This document shows, piece after piece, positions 1 through 11,871 of a stretch of DNA of 64,000 bases; positions within the stretch are counted from its first letter, which is position 1, and every line of letters starts with the position of its first letter. The DNA comes from Lama glama. Taxonomy: Eukaryota. Where the stretch lies: NCBI GenBank assembly GCA_028534125.1, contig CM052818.1:28770001-28834000 (forward strand). Reading direction: 5' to 3'. A program made the translations under genes and the position numbers. The notes beneath the pieces are model-generated. The model ran no database searches, was not told the origin of the DNA, and worked only from the letters and a program-made list of their open reading frames with translations.

Positions 1-669
1 CAATGTCTTGCAAACTGATCAAAATTTACTAAGGAATCTTTGTGGTACGAGCTAAGTAGAATCTTATCTGCATTTTTGTTGTTGTTGTTGCTCTTGGCCT
101 TAAAGATTACGCAATGATTTATTAACTAAGTACTCTGGAAATTTCAGTTTTGAAACAAACTCAAAATTTTGGCAGCCTCTTAAAAATAAAGAAAACTAAG
201 TGGCTAGCAAACAAAAATAAAGAAAAAATTATAGACAAGCAGGTGTATCACATGGATACATTTACCTAACAAGCAGGTGTTGAAAATAAAAATGCAACAG
301 AAGAAAAAGCAACTACCCAAAGGAAAAGTGTAAAGAGGAGGTGAGACAGCATTCCCTACACTCCACCATCGCACAGAAAGACCACAGCACTTTGCCATGA
401 CTATCGAGAAAACTATGGCAGGCTTTATCCATAACAATGAGCTTGGATGGAAAGTCCTTCAGGGCTGTCAGGGACTCTGAAGCATGGAAGATGTAACAGT
501 ACTGAAACACACAGCAGTAAGGTAATTCTCACCAGAGGGAAAAGCAAAAGTCAAAAATGTAAAAATATGGAAATACAAGTTGATAAAACTCACTGTGTGT
601 TTGCTTTTTTGTTTGTGGAATTCAAGGATTTGTTTGGTAGTGCAGAATAAATTACAAATAAGTAAAACT

Positions 670-759
670 TACTGAGTACTCTGTGCTAAACAGTGCTTGT
701 CTCTGTAAATTACATAAATTCTTTGAATTCTCACAATAACTTACTAACTTACTAAGGTG

Positions 760-808
<49 letters not shown>

Positions 809-919
809 CACCCTTAATTTTACAAATAAGGAAATTGAGGCAAAACCAAACACTTCTTCAATATGCCAGGATTTGAGCCTAGATAGCTTGTTCCAAAAGA
901 CTACATTACACCAATTCTC
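670..919 (-). mobile_element. MIR SINE fragment containing a (TTA)n expansion
   Basis: MIR core in reverse orientation: 'attttacaaataaggaaattgaggca...gccaggatttgagcctag'. Confidence 0.7.
761..808. repeat. (TTA)n trinucleotide microsatellite, ~16 units
   Basis: Directly visible run tattattatt...attattat. Confidence 0.97.
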
Positions 920-1469
920 TAACTTGATAGGATATTACTCCTAGAGGTACCTATATTAATTAGTGAACTTTATAAATATTTTCCAACTTAATATTTGTAG
1001 ACTTGATTGGGAAGGACTCATTCTTATTAATAAAACTGAACATGAAATGCTATCAGCTCATGGCCTCTTTTCCTGCTCCTAGTTCAAGCTGTACTACCTG
1101 CAAGTACAGCACTTTTACCAGGGAATTTAATTTTTACATATCTATTTCTCCTCATTAGACTGTAAATTATTAGTCCATAAGAATATGAATGTACGTTTCT
1201 AAGAACTATGTCTTGTTCATCTTTGCAGCAATAGTGTCTGACACAATATTTTAAGTTTGCATAATAATTAGTACTGAATGGGCCACTCAGGAGTAGCTTT
1301 CTAAGTAAGGTTAAATAAATTATAAAATGAGAGAGGTCAAGAACAAAGATCTAGACTTTTAGCATTAGCCCAAATCATGATATATCCCTTGGGGAAGAGA
1401 CTGTAAAGACAAATTAGAAAGGAACCAAGGTCAAGGTGTACATTTACATAGTTTGGCTGATTTGCTTAC

Positions 1470-1543
1470 CTTACCCCCAGGATTTGTTTAAAAGGAAATA
1501 TTTTGAAAAAAAATTTAATTAAATAACCGTGTTTTTATAAACT
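1470..1543 (-). other. Candidate exon C (minus strand), stop-containing
   Basis: Acceptor 'cattctctcctttttcatttttcag|' and tandem donors GGG|gtaagg and AAG|gtaagc. Splice signals only, no expression evidence. Confidence 0.2.
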
Positions 1544-1739
1544 CTGAAAAATGAAAAAGGAGAGAATGAAGGAAGAAAGGAAGGAAAGAAGGCAAGATAA
1601 AAGAAAGAGCCTTTTAGTCCACTTATATATTCATCAGTATTATATTGAGTATTACTATGCATCAGCTGTTTCTCAAGGTTTTGAATAAAACAGTTGTCTA
1701 TAAAGAAAGGTGTAAGAATAAAACAACTGTCCATATATA

Positions 1740-2810
1740 AAGATACAAAGATACAAGGATCTATGTATTCATGGGGAAGGAAAAACTAAGACAAATACAA
1801 CAAAGAAATTGAGGTAGTGGTAAGTGCTATGAAAACAAGTAAAGAGGGTTGCATGAAGATAATGCAATTTGTTAAGACTGCAGAAGAGGAGTAGAGCTAC
1901 TTAGACTGTTAAAGGACTGCCCCACTAAGAAACTGACATTGAACAGAGACTTCTATGGTAAGAAGAAAATGTCCAGGCAAAAATCTATGACAGAGCATTT
2001 GAGGCAAAAGGAATGACAAGGACAAAGGCCCTGAGGCAAGAAGAAGCTTGTTTCTCTCTTTGAAAGTTTTGATGTCTTTGGAGAAGGGGAAAACCACTGT
2101 AGCTGAACATACAGTAGTGTTTAGGGTAATCCAAACATAGGGCTGTTGGAAAGCAAAAGAGGTGGGACATGCCAATTACTGATGAGAAGGTGAACACTGG
2201 GGTGGAGCTAAAGTTCCTAGTAGGCTAACTAGGATATCACTGCTATCTTTAAGAGTGTAATTTTAGTAGAATGGTTGGATAAGTGGACTTCTGATTCCAG
2301 GGATTCCAATAAATGAGGTAAGTGATGAGAAAAACGAAAACATCCAAGGCTTTTCAGCAGATAAGGAAAGAAGAGAGACTGGAGTGAACTGAAATGCAAG
2401 CAAGAGAGATGATCATCAGTGAAGATCTAACAGGATGATATTACTTAGATGATATGATTCAGGTTGTAAATATTTAGAAGAATAGTCTCAGACTGTAAAG
2501 AAAGGAGTGATAAAAATCCAGTAACTGAGAATGTGTATTGTGAAGGAGGAAATCAGAAGTAGCTCATCTCATCTAGCATTTTATTTTCCTCTAGTAAAGT
2601 AGATGGTAAAGTCATTCCACAAGGTATTATTATCATTATCACCTTTACTTTATAGATAAGGAAATTGAGGCAAAACCAAACACTTGTTCAATGTCAGGAT
2701 TTGAGCCTAGATAGCTTGTTCCAAGAGACTACATTACACTGACTCTCATACGAATGGAATTAACAGGAGTAGGATTGATCATTTGAGTAGAATGGCAAAT
2801 ATAGGTAACA
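1740..2810. mobile_element. Degraded L2 LINE, interrupted at ~2622-2747 by a duplicated MIR fragment
   Basis: Purine-rich L2-like motifs such as 'gtggtaagtgctatgaaaacaagtaaagaggg', 'ggcaaaaggaatgacaaggacaaaggccctgaggcaagaagaagcttg' and 'ttttcctctagtaaagtagatggtaaagtcat'. Confidence 0.6.
2622..2747 (+). repeat. Direct copy of the ~755-919 MIR-derived segment
   Basis: Identical blocks 'ataaggaaattgaggcaaaaccaaacactt', 'atttgagcctagatagcttgttccaa' and 'agactacattacac' shared with 826-911. Confidence 0.92.
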
Positions 2811-3061
2811 CAAAAAGACGAGACTAGAACATTCGTCCCTCACTCTATATAAAATATCTTTCACAGGAAAGTCGCTTAGTTCTCATTGCCTAAAAAATGT
2901 GTTTTGGAGGAAGAATGTGGGAGTCTTAATTTGGGGAATCATGTCACTCTTCTCTCTACAGGTTTAAGTCTAAAATCCTTAGTATGGAACACAATGCCTC
3001 TCATAATCTGGCCACAGCCTAACTTTCTAGCTTTCCTTCCTACAGCTTCTTCCACAGGCCA

Positions 3062-3195
3062 CAACACATACAAAGAAACAGGAAAAGTATAGACCATTCA
3101 AAGGAAAAATATAACAAAAGCAATCTCTGAGGAAGCCCAGATATTTGATATGCTAGACAAAGACTTTAAATCAACTGTCAAAAGAGACAAGGATG
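3062..3195 (+). mobile_element. Old L1M 5'/ORF1-region fragment
   Basis: 'acatacaaagaaacaggaaaagtatagaccatt...ctgaggaagcccagatatttga...ctagacaaagactttaaatcaactgtc' resembles the start of L1M ORF1. Confidence 0.6.
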
Positions 3196-3539
3196 ATTGA
3201 ACCTATAAAAATAAGTCATTATTTCAGCATTATTTCTAGATGAGCTTTGAATCTTTTTGAACCAATGACTCAGGTTTTCAAGTTCTGCATCATATTAACA
3301 TAGAAGTGCTATCCAAGTCCTTAAAATAAAAGTGTTTGGGATGCACGTCACTAGCCGAACTATCTCTAAAAAATAACTATCTAGATAACATAATAAACAG
3401 AAACATCTTAAAGAACTACCCTTGTATGCCTGCTTTAATAAGTGATGACTTACTTGCCAAATGTTTCCCTAAAGTCCTAAATTGATTCAATTTGGAAAGG
3501 TGTGTCACAAAATAATTCTGATTCTGACTACAAAAATAA

Positions 3540-3775
3540 ATAACTATTTTTCAAGTACTTAATATGTGCTAGACAATGTGTTAAAACCTTTCACAAGAAA
3601 AATTTCATAAGAACTCTATGAAAGAAGTAAAATTATCATCCCCATTTTATTGATGAGAAAAAAAGGCTCAAAACATTTGAACAATTAACCAAAAAAACTC
3701 AGAGGTAGCTAGTAAGAGAGTAGAGATTTGAATACTAGTTGCCTCCCTTCAGAGCTTATCTACATTTACTATCTC
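3540..3775 (-). mobile_element. MIR SINE
   Basis: 'aagtacttaatatgtgctagacaatgtg...attatcatccccattttattgatgagaaa...ggctca'. Confidence 0.7.
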
Positions 3776-4634
3776 CCTAATGCAGTAGACAAGACCATCC
3801 CAGATAATTCAGAGTATTTAAAAAAAAATTTTATCTATGTTTGTTAAGAAGGTAAAATTCAGTTTTCTTATATTTGATTATCCAGTAAAAATATATCAAG
3901 TCCATACTTCAGAGCAGTCCTCTGGATTTAGCAATCTAACATTTAATAACAGACATCTAACAATATCAGACATACTCAAATAATAAAGATTATAAATAGC
4001 ACCATAGATTTCTGCCAACTTAACTATGTTAACTTTAAAAATGTGTGACTCTCTTACTACTCAAAGTTTATCATATACATATGTTCTCCATTTCTACAAT
4101 TAAAGAAAACCCCAACTGCCCTTTTAAAAAGGAAACAAACTCGCTATTTCAAACTCGGAATACATGCCTTTCAGATAGGTTGGTTCAGCTGCAAATCTGA
4201 ATACCTTTCAGTAATTAACATAATAAAAGTAAAGTAAAAGATATAAAAATATAGGCAAGTGGCACAATTATTGAAAAAAATAAAATAGCACAACTGAGGA
4301 ATAAAAACTAGCAATTGTTATACCTAAGTGGTTTGGAAAATTCTTGGCAAGAAGTCTGATGATAAATCTAAAGTTTTCATTCTGAAATGCATCATTCTTG
4401 CTTTTCACCTTGATGATTTACAAGTCCTATATAAAAGTCTGGATAAGGATGGTGGTGGGGAGAACCAGAGAAGTGGGTGCAAACAGAGAAAGTTTGAAGA
4501 ACTGCTGAGACCAGAAACAAACACTTGCTTTTCAAGTGGAATTCGAGCTCAACACAGAATGACGTAAACCCCATTGGAGAGACAGTGCACATGAAAGTGA
4601 AGAACAGAGGTGGTTAATGGACAGAATGACTCAC

Positions 4635-4714
4635 CTGATGTTGGATTTTTTTAGCAAACAATTTCTAAAATCAGACATCTTTTGTATGAGTGTCAAAAGA
4701 ATACAAAGAACAGT
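4635..4714 (-). other. Candidate exon B (minus strand, 80 nt)
   Basis: Acceptor 'tttcctttgttggctttag|' and consensus donor CAG|gtgagt. One open frame: TVLCILLTLIQKMSDFRNCLLKKSNI. Confidence 0.3.
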
Positions 4715-5428
4715 CTAAAGCCAACAAAGGAAATCATTGATTCGAAAAGAATAGATGAAAATCCATTGATAACAAGCCACAGAGTAATTCAACCTCAAAA
4801 ATATTTGGCAGTGTACAGCAAATGTGGCTCAGCTCCATAGGGAATATCATATCCAAAGACTCATCCCAGGATTTTATCTTTAGCAAATTCTCTTTAATTA
4901 GGATGACTTTTATTTAGTTCTGAGGTTATAGTTATAAAACTTTATCCTGCCTAGGGGGAAAAAAAGTGTACTGAGGGGCTGCTCCTAGTATTCAATCATG
5001 GCTTTGGGAAGGTTTTGCTCACATCTGATATTCAGCTCAGCAACTTCCAGATGTGTCACACTGCTTTGGTTTTACCTATCCTTGTTACACAAGGGCATTT
5101 GGGCAAAGTTAGTTTCAATCTACCATGCTTTACAGAAACTAGAGTTTTTATGGCACTGATGAGTTTTCAAGCTAATTTAGGAAAATCTAATTTTCATGGT
5201 TTCAGCTGAACATTACTTCATGGTTTATCTAGACGTTTACAATACAATGAAGGTTTTCAGATTTTGAGAAATGCAGTATGTGTGGATTCAAGTCACATCT
5301 TTCTCCTCTCCATCCTTTGCCCATTAACCTTGAGTTTAAAAAAAAATGCTTATTTTCTGCAGGGTGATTGAGAGAGTACGTAGGAGAACAAATCACAAAA
5401 GAAAGAACGCTTTCATAGGGCTGTTTAC

Positions 5429-5537
5429 CTTGTAACACAAGCAGAGCAAGATTTCCATGGTTTGTGCTAGGACTGTGCATGCTGTCATGTTTAATTCCAC
5501 TGTAAAGTACACAGTGCTTCCATCACGCCAGTATACA
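5429..5537 (-). other. Candidate exon A (minus strand, 109 nt)
   Basis: Long polypyrimidine acceptor 'ttcctttattctttacttccttttgcttgcctgccttcttcag|' and donor AAG|gtaaac. One open frame: VYWRDGSTVYFTVELNMTACTVLAQTMEILLCLCYK. Confidence 0.3.
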
Positions 5538-6055
5538 CTGAAGAAGGCAGGCAAGCAAAAGGAAGTAAAGAATAAAGGAAATGTTTCTTCACTGTCTTCT
5601 ATAAAGAAAGAAGAGCAGTTAAACCAACTGTAGTTTTTTCTGTAGATATTAACTTTCTCATTCCTTTTAGATAGTTTAACTTTAACTTTAGGCAGAACAT
5701 TTTAATTTCTCCCTATTATTCAATTTCTATTTACTGTCCCAAATCTTGGAGACATAAAATTCCCTGTAAGGAATTCATTGCCAGGTGATGACTACTAGCA
5801 CTTACTCTTGGTTGTCGAGACTACAGGCAGTTGAGACCAAGGGCTCTTTCTTCTCCCAGAAGGAGGAGGCTGCACCCAAACTCAGTTTCCCAAGGCCTCA
5901 TAGGCGTCTATAAGCAGGGCAGCTGGCTTTCTTGACAGCTTCTGTAAACAGTTGATTCCTAACCCAAACTGTACACTGGTCAATAATCAGATAATTCTCA
6001 CTGACAAAATTTTTCTTGCAGTGGGTAAGGTCCCTTCAGTGGAATGCCAACTGCA

Positions 6056-6630
6056 GTAAAGAGTTGACTCAGTAGGTAAGGGATCTTCAAACTATGCACA
6101 TTCTAAAGAAAAGTCTGACTTTTGGCTGACTTTTGGAAGGCAATCTCTAAAGCCTTGGAATTTCCTGTCTGATAACAATACCTTTGTCAATCTAGGGACT
6201 TGGATCATGCCAGAGAGTCTATGCTGACAACATGATTAATGGTTAGAGCCTTAAGCCTCATGGTATCAGTCTGACTTCTGAGGTGCTAGAAACTAATTAA
6301 GGTGGGTACTATGTGGGCGCTCTATGCCTAAATGTTCAACCCTCAACTCCGGACACCAAAGACTGGGTAATCTTCTCTGGTTGACAATACTCTGTATGTG
6401 TTGTCCCACATTGCTGGAAGAATTAAATAGTCTGTACCACTCCTTGGGAAATGAGGACAGGAAGCCCATGCCTAGACTCTGCCCTATATATCTTTTCTCT
6501 TTGCTAATTTTAGTTTGGATACTTTCACTATAATAAAACTTAACCACGAGTATAACTGCTTTGTGAGTTCTGTGAGGGCCTATGGCAAATCATTGAATCT
6601 CTGGGTGTTCTTGGGGACCCCTAGCCACAC
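6056..6630 (+). mobile_element. Solo LTR, MER21-like
   Basis: Start 'gtaaagagttgactcagtaggt', internal 'ctctaaagccttggaatttcctgtctgataa', AATAAA near 6532, end 'gtgttcttggggacccctagccaca'. Confidence 0.75.
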
Positions 6631-8639
6631 TGACCCACACTGCATGTCCAGCAGTCTTCTAACCCCATGTTCATGAGGACATCAGAAGACGAGGAAACTG
6701 CATCTTCTCTTCTTTACAATCCTTGGCTCAGAAGTTTTCCTAGTATAATCTATGCCTTACTCCACTCTAAATTGTGTGGTACTATGGCATGCAATGACAG
6801 CACGTGAAGAAATCATGAGTTCTTAAGTACATCACACGTTAAGACATTTACGAACAAAGATGAAAGGAATTTTATGCTTTTTCCTGTTTCATTATTTTGA
6901 AATTTTTAATTTGAAAACTTGAGCTGGTAACAAAATTCACTTTGATTTCTCTCAGAATTCCAGTGTCATTGAGTTGTGTAAGAGATCCTTTATTTACCAC
7001 CTAGTACCAAATTCTAAGGTTAAAAGTGAATAAAAATAACAGGTAAACAAATAATTAAGAAAGGAAAATTATAGAGTATCAAAAGATACTAAAATAGTAC
7101 TAAAAATAGTAAATAAAATAAATAGGCATACCAAAACCTAAACTTTATTACATGTTTATTCTAGTAATTTAGGATTCCTATGAAGTTTTTAACTGTCATT
7201 ATGAGACTCCAATAAGTTTTTTCCATATGTAGATTTTCTATAAAAAGTCATCATTAAAAAAGGCAGATAAATCTCCAGCTCTAAGATATAAATTATACTG
7301 ATTCACACACTTGCAATATATAGTATGGCAAATTACTATCCATGAAGAACCTTGACCACCTATCTGTGTCAGTGTGCCAAAGATGGTCCACAGAACATTT
7401 TTCAAGAGTAAAGTGGGCAATTGCTCCTGGCATAGGTCAAGGCCAGATTATGAACTCTGTGAAGTCTGTCTCTGCTTCCATTCTTACTTCTTTTCTTTGC
7501 CCTAGCTCCTTACTGCCTAACCACCACTCTGCTCTCTCACTCTTCCAAATATCTGCTCACATGCACTTGTGCATTGTGTGGACACTGAACCCACTGTTCT
7601 CCAGGTACGAGTGGCTGCGATGTCTGGCATATTTGAGGCATTCAGTGTTAATCAAATAAACCAATAGTCTCAATTTAAAAAAAAAAAGAAGAACTCTTGC
7701 TTTTGTCACAGTTTGGAACGGGATATTTATATAGTGAATGTGAGTACAATAGACAGCTGGGGTAATTTGCACCTAATAGAATAAAATCTATTTGTCTTTT
7801 ATTACAAGAATTGTTGGGGTTTTAAATAAATCCTCCAGAAGAAATCTCTTATTCCTGTGACATATTTTTTTAACCTTTGTGACCCTTAGCTACATTCTAT
7901 CTTATATTAAAATTACTCATGATAGTTTATCTCTTCTAATGGATTGTACATTCCTTGAAGTTAATGTCCTCATTTCTAAATGATCCTGGAATAGTTATAG
8001 CACTACTTAGAAGATAGTAGTTGCTCAATAAATATTGGTTAAACAAGCAAGTGAATGATTCGTTCTTAAAGGAATGCTGCCACTTGTTTTTGCTTTGTGT
8101 GTGTGTGTGTGTCTTTTCTTTTTTCCCTATATAAAAGCTCAGGCTGAACAAAACTGAGAATCAAAGCTAAGCTATGAGATATGAACAGGTTCTACCTTAT
8201 GACTCTTTGTAGATAATGGTTTGCTTTATCTCAACTATTCACTACCCCAAGTAAGCAGTTACCACCAGCAGGTACAACCAAGGTGGCCCACAAACGCTGG
8301 GTGCCATCTCCCTCTTGGTCACCTTCTAAACACATTGCATTCTTGACTGATTCTCAAACATCTGGATGATAGCCCACCATCTGGACTTCTGTCCTCCTCC
8401 AAGGACACTGTACTGGACCACTTCTCAGTTATTTAGTGAAATGTCCTACTTACTAAGATTTTTCCCCCCCAAACCAGTAACTGCCACCCTCACTCCCAAC
8501 TTCATCCTAATTTTCAGTTTGATAACATGTTATTTGTGTCTTAACAATAATTTTTGTTAGAGGTTTGCCTAAAGTAATAGTCCTCTAAATATTCAGGGAC
8601 TTAATTTTTAAAAAGGAGACGGAAAGAGTAAACAAAATC

Positions 8640-9030
8640 ACTGAATGGTTAAGGTCGGGGCTGGAATGTTCCAGACTTGCCAGCCAGGCCCAGTCAGCTG
8701 CCTGTGACTTTTCACACATCAGCAAGTTTCCCTCATAAAAGGTTTACAGCTCAAGCCAGGCTGGCTGCAGACAGTTAAACCAACACAGTATAAAAAAAGT
8801 GAGGGGAAAACAGTGTGAGACCAATTAGAACAAATTGGTAATGAAAGCAACAGCTGGATGTCAACATGTTCTGCTCTGTTAATGGCATGTCAACGGGGTG
8901 ATTTTTAAAGAAACCGGTGCCGTCTGAAGGAAAGGAGAGACCAGCGCCCTAATGGGACAGAGCAGGCCTGTACCTCACCAGAGGCATTCCTGCCCACTCA
9001 CTTGAGAAGGCCACCTGTGCAGATGAAAAC
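8640..9030. promoter_or_regulatory. Candidate enhancer (TEAD/E-box/NKX/MEIS motif cluster) in non-repetitive DNA
   Basis: GGAATG 8663, CATTCC 8985, CAGCTG 8695 and 8851, TGTCA 8859 and 8888, CACTTGA 8999. Locally higher GC. Motif-only evidence. Confidence 0.25.
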
Positions 9031-9529
9031 CTGTGTAAGAAACTTTTCTCTCTTCTAAAGCCTCCCACTGAACTGTCACCACAGGGAGTAGAATCCCTCT
9101 CACTTTATGCAGAGCTCATTTGACAAATGATGTTATGACACAGAAGGATAGTCAACACAGCCTGAAAAGAACTGGAAGGCAGATGACCTGGGTTCTGAGT
9201 CCTGCACTGTCCTTACAACCTTTGTCTCTGCTACAACTCAAACACTTTATCTGCAAAGAGAGGAATATTGTAATACCTTCTCTTTTTTTTTTCTTGTCTT
9301 ATGGGGTTATCTTGAAGATGAAAAGAGAAATTATACATAAAGATATTTTGGAAATTTCAAACAATGCCCAGCAAATAAGGAACTCTTCTGAAATGGCTGA
9401 ATGGAGTGTTTTTGAAAATTGGTTTCATAACTGTTCCTGAGCACGTAAAGATGAATCTAATATTGAACAATTTGCACAGAGTAAATCCAGGACCACATCT
9501 TTGTTGAGAAATTGTAGGTCAGATGTAGT

Positions 9530-9745
9530 ACTACCTATTATTGGTTACGTGCATATGTGCTAGATATTTTAGTCATTTCATCCTCCTAACAAGCCTCTGA
9601 ATTAGGTACTATTATTCCACTTCAAGGATAAGAAATTAAGGCTCAGAGAGGTTGAGTAAGTTGTTCAAAGTCACACAGCTATTTAATTGCAGAACCAGGA
9701 AGTGAACCACAAAGTCTTTGTTCTTAACCACCATGCTACATCCCT
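9530..9745 (-). mobile_element. MIR SINE
   Basis: 'taggtactattattccacttcaaggataagaaattaaggctcagagaggttgagtaagttgttcaaagtcacacagcta'. Confidence 0.85.
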
Positions 9746-11489
9746 GCCTTCATTTTAATGCAACAGCATGTTGAAATGGGGTTAAACCGCAATGGCAAAC
9801 TAATATGTACCAAGGGCCTAAATATGAACCACTTACCAGGATTGGGCCTGAGGTAATTTGAATTTCTGCCCAAGAAAACAGCGTTAAGTGGCCAATTCAA
9901 AGAGGTACCTCACACCCTCTTAAGAACTGATCTTTTGTGGGAAAGTGGGGTTTTCTATAAACATACGAAAGCAGCCCATGAGAGAACATCAGCTGTGAGC
10001 AAGGATCAAACTCAGAAAGGGCAGCATGCCAGTTCAAAAGAATATCAGTCAAAAGGGATATTTTCCATGACTGACCAATCCTACATGATCTCATTCTAAC
10101 TTTGTTAGAGCCAGAGGCTGCTAGTGAAAAGGAACATATGAGGAGAGGTAAAACTCCTGGGGATCAAAGAGAGAGATAAAACATCCTACCACCTACCACT
10201 TCAGGTCCTCAACTGGAGGAACGGAGATGTATGAACTCAGAATTAAGTAAGGAATTTTTATTACCCCAGAGGTTGCATTTTAATTACTGTTCTCATGACC
10301 AACTGTGACCCCCTGAAGTTTTTTTTAAATCTACTCTATGGGGAAACGAGAGAAACTATGGCAACCTCCCACATTTTCAGTCAATGTCAGGATAGAACTA
10401 GGCTTCTGAGGGAGTCTGAAGTTACAGAGAAAAACGTTAAATTGCTTTATGAATTACTTCACTCTTTTAAAATATTTAGTTGCACTTTCCTGGGCCTAGA
10501 AGTGGGCATGGCTAGGGTTTCAGAAATATTATGGTCTATGCAGACAAGAAGCATAGTTTAAAACTAGCTAGATGTTTTAGAGGGAGATTGCTCGGGGGAA
10601 AAAAGGTAGGATCAGGAAGAACCTTCCATGTTAACATATCCCGAGGCCAGGCCAGGTCCTTTGAAGTTCTGTGTGTGTGGAACTCCTTTCTAGCTCTCAG
10701 CCCCCAGCCTGAGGCTCTGAAAAAAGCAGCCAGCCTGCAGTGCTTCCTTAAATGCCAAGTGCCTTTCACGTCTGTCTCTGATTCCTTCTTCCTTCCCCTT
10801 CTTCTTCCTGTCCTTTGGAGAGTTGTACTTTCCTCTGTGGGATGTCAACTGTAAAATGAACCATGTAGCTGTTTCCCCAGCCAAGAATATAGTTATGCAT
10901 CGGGGATTGCAACAACTGCAGATTTACAGAATAAAAGGAAAACTAAGCACAAATAAACACTGTACCAGTTTGGTAGCAGGTGATAGAGGACCCAAGTAGC
11001 CGACGGGCTGACACTTGCTATTTCCCTTAGGCTTCCAGGAAATGGCAGGTGGACATACTTGCATGCAAAAACATGAATAAAACTGAATAAAATTCATATA
11101 CATAAAGAGAAAGAATAGGTTACCTGTACACATATCCCCTAGGCAACTTTGGCCATAGTTTGTAAGTCCAAAGGTGTAATTTATGCACAAAACCATTCAT
11201 TTTTTCCCATGTAGGCAATTTCATAATTAAATAATTGATTATTACCAAAAAATACAATTTTAATTATTTTACTAATTCACTGAGATGATAAAACCTAATG
11301 AATATCAAGATAGCCTGCTACTATTCTTTGAACCAAAGTTCTGGAACCAAGTGACAAAGTCTTCAAAACTTGTTCTAGATTTTCTTCAGAACATAGTTTG
11401 GTATTGATTTAGTGTCTTTGTAGCACAGAATCAACAAAGTGGAAATAAAATCTCCAAAGTGGGAATAAAAATCTACATTTATTACTACT

Positions 11490-11680
11490 TATTATGTGCA
11501 TATATTCCATTATTTACTTCTCACAGCAGCCCTATGAGGTAGTCAATATTATCCTTATTTTACAGATGAGAATACTGGCACTCAGACACGTTGTATCCTG
11601 CTCAGTGATGGCAAAGCTAGAACCAGAGCACAGGACTCCTGAATGCCAGTGCAGAACAATTACCAGCACCTTCTGTTGCC
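11490..11680 (-). mobile_element. MIR SINE
   Basis: 'tcacagcagccctatgaggtag...attatccttattttacagatgagaatactggcactcaga'. Confidence 0.8.
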
Positions 11681-11871
11681 TCCATTCTCACCAGAATTAA
11701 AACATAGTATCAGTATTCATCTCAGTGAAGAAGTTGATGGAACTGTTTGTTGATGGCTCTAGGGTTTTTATCCCTAAGCCCTTTGCCACTGTGTTTCCCC
11801 TTTCTAATCAGAATATAACACTATTCTTATTGAGTGATGCTAAAAGTGGGAATCCTTGAAGTTGGCCCAGG

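Noticed and set aside
313..510. 65-aa minus ORF behind a 'tgtgtgtttcag' acceptor
   Set aside because: No recognisable homology or strong donor. At most it is a non-coding downstream exon of the speculative transcript.
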